A stretch of 64,000 nucleotides of DNA from Eledone cirrhosa (taxonomy: Eukaryota), in the NCBI GenBank assembly GCA_964016885.1, contig OZ024740.1, positions 30,628,001 through 30,692,000 of the forward strand, read 5' to 3'. Numbering within the stretch: position 1 is the stretch's first letter; every line of letters begins with the position of its first letter. The position numbers and the translations under genes were made by a program. Positions 54,630-64,000 of the stretch are shown piece after piece. The notes under the pieces are model-generated. The model worked only from the letters and a program-made list of their open reading frames with translations, did no database searches and was not told the DNA's origin.

Positions 54630-56690
54630 ATATATCAATGATATTAATAAATGGAAACTATATTTATAAAACCATATTTATTCTATTATATATATTTCAA
54701 TGTACCAAAACTTTGGTACGCTCTCATCAGATAAAATACAAAGTTTGTTTTATAAATATTGACATATCCAGGAATGAGACCTTAACGGTTCAAGTTTTAA
54801 TTGGATAGTAAAAGGAAAAAGAGGAAGAGAAGAAAAAACAAATATTTCAAATTATTAAGATGAATATGCAAATGAGGTTGAGGCGTAGGGCTGAAAAAAA
54901 CGTTATTTTTAGACGCTAGGTAGATTTAAATAATTATTAAGATATATATATGTATGTATAGGAAGAAGAAAGAGAAAGAAAGAAAAGCTTGTATTTACGT
55001 GAATTTAAAAAGATTGAAACGTTAAGAATTAACAGTTTGTTGGAATGGTAGAATATGATTCCAGAATTTAAAAAATATTTAGCTAAATTATGAGTTATAA
55101 TATTACATATAAAAACAATTAGATTATATGAAGATTATGGTTGTCAGTACATTTTATCTTATTATATTGCCACAGGTTGTAAGTATATAAATATCTATAT
55201 AGATTAATAAGTGTATAAATATAAATATTATTGTTGATTATATAGATATAAAACACGTATTAATTGTTTACATTTCTAATATGAGTTACGAAGGACGTTG
55301 ATTTTACATTTTACATATATATTTAAGAAAAAGACGTAGTTCAAATTATAAGAGAACAATTTGTAGATGTTCATCCAACATTGAAAATATTTACAGAACA
55401 TTATTAATTTAGCGAAATTACATAACTTATCATACAAGTTATGTCTGTATGCTCAATTGTAAAGGAAAAGATAACTCCAATAACTATTAAAATTAGATTT
55501 GATGAATAATTTTCTTAGAATGCGGAAAGTATGTAGAGAAAATTATATATTATTTTGTGTGAGATTATAAGGTATTTTATAGTACATGTTTTCAAGGATG
55601 AGAATTTCAATTATATATTATCTACGTCGAAAGATGTGTGAAAAGTTTGAAGATTAAAGAGAGGAAAAATGTATTATTAGTCGAGAGTGCATTTAGAAGA
55701 ACTATCGTAAAGAAGATATCTTTCAGAATGTCAATTAAAGAGTATCAATCTAAAAAAATATATAAATCTAAAAAATAGATTAAGAAGAGTATCATTAGGA
55801 AAAGAATATCAATTGGTAAAAATACTAAATTTAAGAAGAAAAAGATTATTTTAAAAAGCTTAATTTTTTTTTTTTTTTTTTATACCTCATTAGACAACAG
55901 AATCATTTTAAAGATATATAAGATATAGTCAAGTGTAATGAATATTATAGATTAAAAATATTTCAGAAAATGCATTTTTGGCGATGTCTGCAAGAATTGA
56001 ATAATTCGCTTTTTAAATTAATAGAATTTTGACAGTTGATTATATAAAAAAATTCCTCGATACACAAATGACAGATTCTTGAGAAAGCCATATTTAGGTA
56101 TGCAGGTGCTTTCGAAATCGTTCCCCAAGATATTGAATAGTCTATATTATTGTCCCTTTAAATTTCAAATTAGATGTGAAAGTGAAGTGGAAGATTTTTA
56201 TCGGACCTATTAAATGTATGTTTGTGGTTGTACCAGCGTTCTTTGAATTTTGTAGAAGTGGCACGTATATAGTTAAATATTTTGTCTCTAGTTTTTACTG
56301 TGCATTTATAAATTGTCATAGCAATTGTTTTGTAAAGGGCAGTTTGATTCAATTCTACAGTTACATTTTCGGGAGTTGTTGTTACTAGAAATGGTACTAT
56401 TAGTATGAATATTGTTATTAAAAATACTATTATTGTTATCTTGGTTTGTTTGCCAGGTAAAACTTGAACTGTTAAGGTCTCATTCCTGGATATGTCAATA
56501 TTTATAAAACAAACTTTGTATATTATCTGATGAGTGCGTACCAAAGTTTTGGTACCCTTGATATATATGTAATGGTTTTATAAATATAGTTTCCATTTAT
56601 TAATATCATTGATATTATATTCCAGAAAACTTGTCGAGTGCTTCGAATTTATAAATATATATATTTGTTGAATTACTAACAAATTAAATA
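54630..56690 (-). mobile_element. Old 5'-truncated Naiad-type PLE with inverted pseudo-LTR
   Basis: IYKCTV...YIRATSTKFKERWYNH at about 55960-56400; 54633-54800 inverse of 56458-56614; HHRs at 54684-54733(-) and decayed about 56524-56575(+). Confidence 0.8.
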
Positions 56691-56749
56691 TCCCTTTGCT
56701 TATATCTATATCTATATATATATATATTATATCTATATCTATATATATT

Positions 56750-56861
<112 letters not shown>

Positions 56862-57018
56862 GGTTTGAGGTTCACCACTGTATAGAGCTGGTCTATTCCG
56901 TATGGTCAATCGTAATGCAATAATATAGAGAGTACTCAACGTAAGGCAGTTCAACCGTCTTTGTTTTTGTAGTTGGTGGTGCTATTTACACAACTCCAGC
57001 CTCCTGTCATTTCATTAT

Positions 57019-57055
<37 letters not shown>

Positions 57056-57064
57056 ATGTGTACA

Positions 57065-57239
<175 letters not shown>

Positions 57240-57255
57240 TATATATATATTTATA

Positions 57256-58142
57256 TATAAAGAATTAGTATATATAGTAACATATATATACACAGATGCA
57301 TACTTATGTTAGCAAATATATAGGTTTTGTCTTAGTAACTATGTGGTTCAATGCATGGGGTAGCAGAACAATAATATGAGAGACGTAAAATAAGAAAATT
57401 ATAAAATTAACTTACTTACTTAAATTTCACTCCCAACTAATTAGTTTCTGAAAGGGATTAAACGTACTATCCGAAGAGAGCACGGAGAAGCCTTTCGTCA
57501 TCAGGGAAGTCTATTCTCAGCTAAGTTTCCAGGCAATACGTGGACACATTATAAAATTAACTTACTTACTTAAATTTAAGTAAGTTAATTTTATAATTTT
57601 CTTATTTTACGTCTCTCATATTATTGTTCTGCTACCCCATGCATTGAACCACATAGTCACTAAGACAAAACCTATATATTTGCTAACATAAGTATGCATC
57701 TGTGTATATATATGTTACTAGATATACTAATTCTTTATAATTATCTCCAAAATTATTTGTCGAGCAAAAATGGCCAAAACTGCTGCTATAGTAACAATAC
57801 GGCTGCTGTCTTACTAACAAACCACTATCCACTGATTGACCTCGATGTCACGTGATTGATTCTTTTGAATTTGCCACCGACGCAGTAGGCAGTAATTTTA
57901 TCAGTGGCTTGGAATTAGTCCTCGCTTTGCTTTTTCCATCCACTGAATTATTTTTGTATAAGTTCCCTGTGTCCACGTATTGCCTGGAAACTTAGCTGAG
58001 AATAGACTTCCCTGATGACGAAAGGCTTCTCCGTGCTCTCTTCGGATAGTACGTTTAATCCCTTTCAGATACTAATTAGTTGGGAGTGAAATTTAAGTAA
58101 GTAAGTTAATTTTATAATTTTCTTATTTTACGTCTCTCATAT
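57256..58142. mobile_element. HHR family C: 521-nt unit plus inverted arms
   Basis: Period 57578/58099; 57256-57547 inverted. Confidence 0.85.
57429..57510 (-). ncRNA. Hammerhead ribozyme (family C, intact)
   Basis: acttcc-CTGATGA-c-gaaagg...cctttc-a-GAAAC-taatta-GTT-gggagt; the plus copy 58006-58087 has GATAC. Confidence 0.85.
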
Positions 58143-58165
58143 ATTTATATATATATATATATGTA

Positions 58166-58291
<126 letters not shown>

Positions 58292-58626
58292 TATATAGAG
58301 TGAGAGGAGAGAAAGAGAGAAAGAGAAATTGAGAGAAAGAATAGGACAAAGCAAAAAATTAATAAAGATTTAGAAGAAACAAGGGGCTGTGTGGTTACTG
58401 GATAAAGTGTATTTAGAAATAAAAGGAAAGCACAAACAAGGGACAGTCCCCTCTTCAGTTGTCTGCCTCTCCCCCCCTCTCTCTCTCCCTCTCTCTCCCT
58501 CTCACTTACACAATCTTTCTCTCTGCTCCCTTACTGCTTCCGTTTTCTCCCACCGAGGTTAGTCTTGTTTTTCTTCGCTCTCCCTATCTCGCCGCCCATA
58601 AGACTTATGTTCAGCCGCTGGTTTGA

Positions 58627-58710
<84 letters not shown>

Positions 58711-58980
58711 TCCCGGTTACTTACATATATGTGCTTCTCCTCGAGCCCACCTATGTTCTCTGCGTTTTTTTTTTTTCCCTTCTGTTTAATTTTTTCTCTC
58801 CCCCTTTTTCTTCCCCAATAACTTTCAAAAGTTATTGACGCACTGGAGACAGACACTTGTCTTTAATGCGTTGAAATGTCAGTGACCTGCAGCAGACAAC
58901 TAAAGAGAGGACTGTCCCATTTATTTCTAAAAAACGAGGAACTTTCGTTTACATATAAAAAATATTTATTGGGTATCGAT

Positions 58981-59068
58981 CTGTCACGCGCGTTTCGCAG
59001 AGGATTGGCTCAAGGTGACCCATAGAAATTATGGACCTGACTCCAGTATCGATCTGCTCCTCAGACTG
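58981..59068 (-). ncRNA. Hammerhead fold with non-cleavable GUG triplet
   Basis: cagt-CTGAGGA-gcaga...tctgc-GAAAC-gcgc-GTG-acag. Confidence 0.6.
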
Positions 59069-59114
59069 GTGATTCAACAAAAGATATATTTTTGTTGTGG
59101 TATGTGGGCCGAGG

Positions 59115-59163
<49 letters not shown>

Positions 59164-59340
59164 TATCGGCCTATTTTTTGGTGTGGGCGTTTGTGTATAT
59201 TTTGGTGTAATTGGTGGCGCAGCAATGCGGATATATATTCACCGATATTCATGTGCGTGTTTACGTGAGGATTCGTGTGTGTCGGCGCGTTTTGTAATGT
59301 GTATTGGACAGTCAAAGACTTGTTTTGATGTAAACAGGAT

Positions 59341-59772
<432 letters not shown>

Positions 59773-59783
59773 GTATATATATG

Positions 59784-59870
<87 letters not shown>

Positions 59871-59875
59871 GTATA

Positions 59876-59919
<44 letters not shown>

Positions 59920-59921
59920 GG

Positions 59922-59971
<50 letters not shown>

Positions 59972-60036
59972 CATATATACATATATATGTATATATATGC
60001 ATATATATATATATGTATATATATGTATATATATAC

Positions 60037-60117
<81 letters not shown>

Positions 60118-60129
60118 TATATCTATATA

Positions 60130-60253
<124 letters not shown>

Positions 60254-60350
60254 CATATATATATGTATATATATGCATATATATATATACATATATATAT
60301 GTATATATATGCATATATATATATATACATATATATATGTATATATATGC

Positions 60351-60433
<83 letters not shown>

Positions 60434-60599
60434 GCACACATATGTATATACACACATATATATATATACACACATACATATATGTGAATATTATATATAT
60501 AAATATTATGTATAAAAAATATATATTATCTCTATATATATATATATATAATATATATATATATTATCTATATATATATATATATATATAATATATATA

Positions 60600-60675
<76 letters not shown>

Positions 60676-60679
60676 GTAA

Positions 60680-61538
<859 letters not shown>

Positions 61539-61571
61539 ATATATATTATATATATATATTATATATATATA

Positions 61572-61673
<102 letters not shown>

Positions 61674-62066
61674 GAGGTAACAAATAATAGTTATATGCAG
61701 TCCACTTAGGTGTAGTCCAGTTATGGTATTCCGGGTAGTGGATGATATCAACGCTTGACTTGGTTTGACTCAACAAGGCGTTTTCATAGTGATGCTGCGA
61801 GTACGCTGTAATTCCTATGTTGTAAACACTTGGAGTAATAATAAATCAGGAAAGAAGATTGACATGGTTTGCTATACAAAAAAGTTTTTTAATCTCATTG
61901 CTGACAATTGTTTCTCTGAACTGGTAGGTCTAGAGATCGCTATTCGCTTGTTTTCACGTTACTCGATCGCCAATACATAATTATAACCAGTCAGTTCTTC
62001 GGAGCATGCGAGAATGAAGAGGATATACAGGCAAGAAAGGAATATACAGGCTACTATATGAAGTAG
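61674..62066 (-). repeat. Family D repeat with CCGAAGA hammerhead-like motif (61899-62006)
   Basis: Reverse copy of 17095-17485. Confidence 0.75.
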
Positions 62067-62167
62067 TATATATATATATATATATATATAACGAAGGAAT
62101 TGTGGTAAGGAACCAGATGGACCATAACGCACCAGAGTACTCAATACTTAGGGTAGTAGAGTGGTAA

Positions 62168-62288
62168 ATAGGAAAAGGTATGACCCCGACGGCAGAGTTC
62201 AAGCCGTTTCGACGGCTATTTCTGGACTATTTAGTCCAGAAATAGCTGTCGAATGGCTTGAGCTCTGCCTTCGGGGGTCATACCTTTT

Positions 62289-62293
<5 letters not shown>
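62168..62293. repeat. ~62-bp-arm imperfect hairpin
   Basis: Centre 62230-62231; abuts (TA)n. Confidence 0.85.
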
Positions 62294-62370
<77 letters not shown>

Positions 62371-62636
62371 TATATATATGTAAACAAGAACTAAGGGTTT
62401 GTGAGCTGTATCACGCTTGGAAAACCCGGCGGTAGTTTATCGTGTCGGTAAAGGGATTGTCTGGTTCTGGACGGTATGTGTAAGACATTTTTAGACGTAC
62501 AGACGCGCACATACATGTATATATATATATACATACCCCAAACTCAGGAGCACGCGCACGCATATAAGTGTGTACACACTCACACATAGATCACACATAT
62601 ATATAAACCCACCCACTTTCATATATACACATGTAC

Positions 62637-62688
<52 letters not shown>

Positions 62689-62900
62689 TATAGTTAGAGA
62701 AGCAAAAATTGTCTGGGTTTTCTCTTTTATACTTTATACTCCAAGATTGAATGGAATTCTTACAAACTTGTGGAGTTACCCATAACCGTACGTTCAAACC
62801 ATCCATAAAACTGGCTTCGTTCAAACCATCCATAAAACTTTGCTTCGCTAACTACAGGCTCCTTATCGGTCGAGCAACCACCTAAACATACGGTACTGCT

Positions 62901-64000
62901 ATGGAAAAGTACTACATAGGTATGTCCCTAAAGAACATTCCTATACCTCGGAGAAAGGATTATACCCTCGGGATGATACAGCGAACAAACGACTTTATAC
63001 GCAGGGTTAGATGGAAAACTTTCCATTTCGACAAAGGACGTAATGGTCGCACCGTGGAATACAACAAGGAAACATACGGCTTCAAATCGTGTAAGAACCC
63101 ACCTACCAACCCTCAACTGGATACCTTTGAACAGGACTTACTGAAGATTATTATGAATATCAAATTCAAAAAGCGGAGGAATAATAAACTCCAGAATGAC
63201 ATAAATACATTCCTAAAAAACTGCGAACAAACCAATGGAATTATTGTCTTAGCGGACAAAACATCAAATGTGTATACGATGGATGTTAATACATAAAATA
63301 GCTTCATACGGAAGGAATTACATAGGAAATACAAAAACACTAATGAGGCGGCACTGATAAACATCAACAACGAGGCACACAATATATTCAAACACCTAGA
63401 AATAGACGACAGAACGGAGCCACTTAGGCCATGTACCCCCACATTTAACCTCAAGGACCACAAGGTAAATTTTGATTATAACCCCACAATTAGACTTATA
63501 TGCCCGTCCAAATCGGACATCGGGAAAATTATAAACATATATTAGACAGAGTGATAGCACAAATGAAGAATAAACTAGTGATTAAACTATGGGGTAACGC
63601 TACCGAAACAATTAAGTGGTTTAACAATATAGCTAACAAAGAAGTATCCAAATTTATACAATTTGACATTAACGATTATTACTCATCTATATCCCCCAAC
63701 ACCTTGGATAAAGCCTTAGCATTCGCCAAAGCCAATTCTGATATAACAGACAACGAGATAAAAATCATATTAGCTGCTAGGAAAACAATAAATAAATTTG
63801 AAAACGCCTATTGGGAACGTAAGGATAGATTAAATAACTTTGGCATCACGATGGGGGCTAACGACTCGGCTCAAGTCACAGATTTAGTAGGTATTTACAT
63901 AGCCCATAGTTTACAAAGTTAGTTTAGCGACCTTCACGGTGGAATCTACAGAGACGACGCCCTTCTCCTAGTTAAGAACCTAAATAACCAGAGCATAGAA
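62901..64000 (+). pseudogene. Naiad-type PLE RT, disrupted; relative of ORF 41336; runs off the window
   Basis: MSLKNIPIP, ADKT, QFDI, MGANDSAQ, GGIYRDD; premature stops at 63294 and 63920 and a frameshift near 63530. Confidence 0.9.

Noticed and set aside
58440-58918. 27-bp inverted repeat containing CTGAAGA and a small hairpin
   Set aside because: No GAAA or NUH follows, so not called a ribozyme; too short to classify.

Overview
Gene-free, AT-rich eukaryotic DNA, probably molluscan/cephalopod (inferred only from the Nin-domain tRNA-SINEs and extreme (TA)n/(CA)n/(ATGT)n content). It is a mosaic of mobile elements separated by microsatellites, and most entries in the ORF track are microsatellite artefacts. 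Real coding remnants: a compact Gypsy LTR retrotransposon (6968-11149, -), an R4/Dong-type RLE LINE (17712-20441, -), RTE, CR1 and L1/Tx1 fragments, and at least eight Penelope-like element (PLE) pieces. One Naiad-type PLE has an intact 775-aa RT + GIY-YIG ORF (41336-43663). Two signals stand out. (1) A dense hammerhead-ribozyme (HHR) system: about 30 full, mutated or partial type-I motifs in roughly 15 sequence families, supported by covariation between copies. It includes non-coding, terminally redundant 417-595-nt units (retrozyme-like), variant cores (U3-A8, CCGANGA), 50-100-nt stem-II expansions, and head-to-head insertions into (TA)n whose junctions fall at or beside the ribozyme. (2) The Gypsy primer-binding site matches nt 1-12 of tRNA-Phe (its 5' end) instead of a tRNA 3'-CCA end. 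All structures and alignments were read by eye; ribozyme activity and family names are inference.
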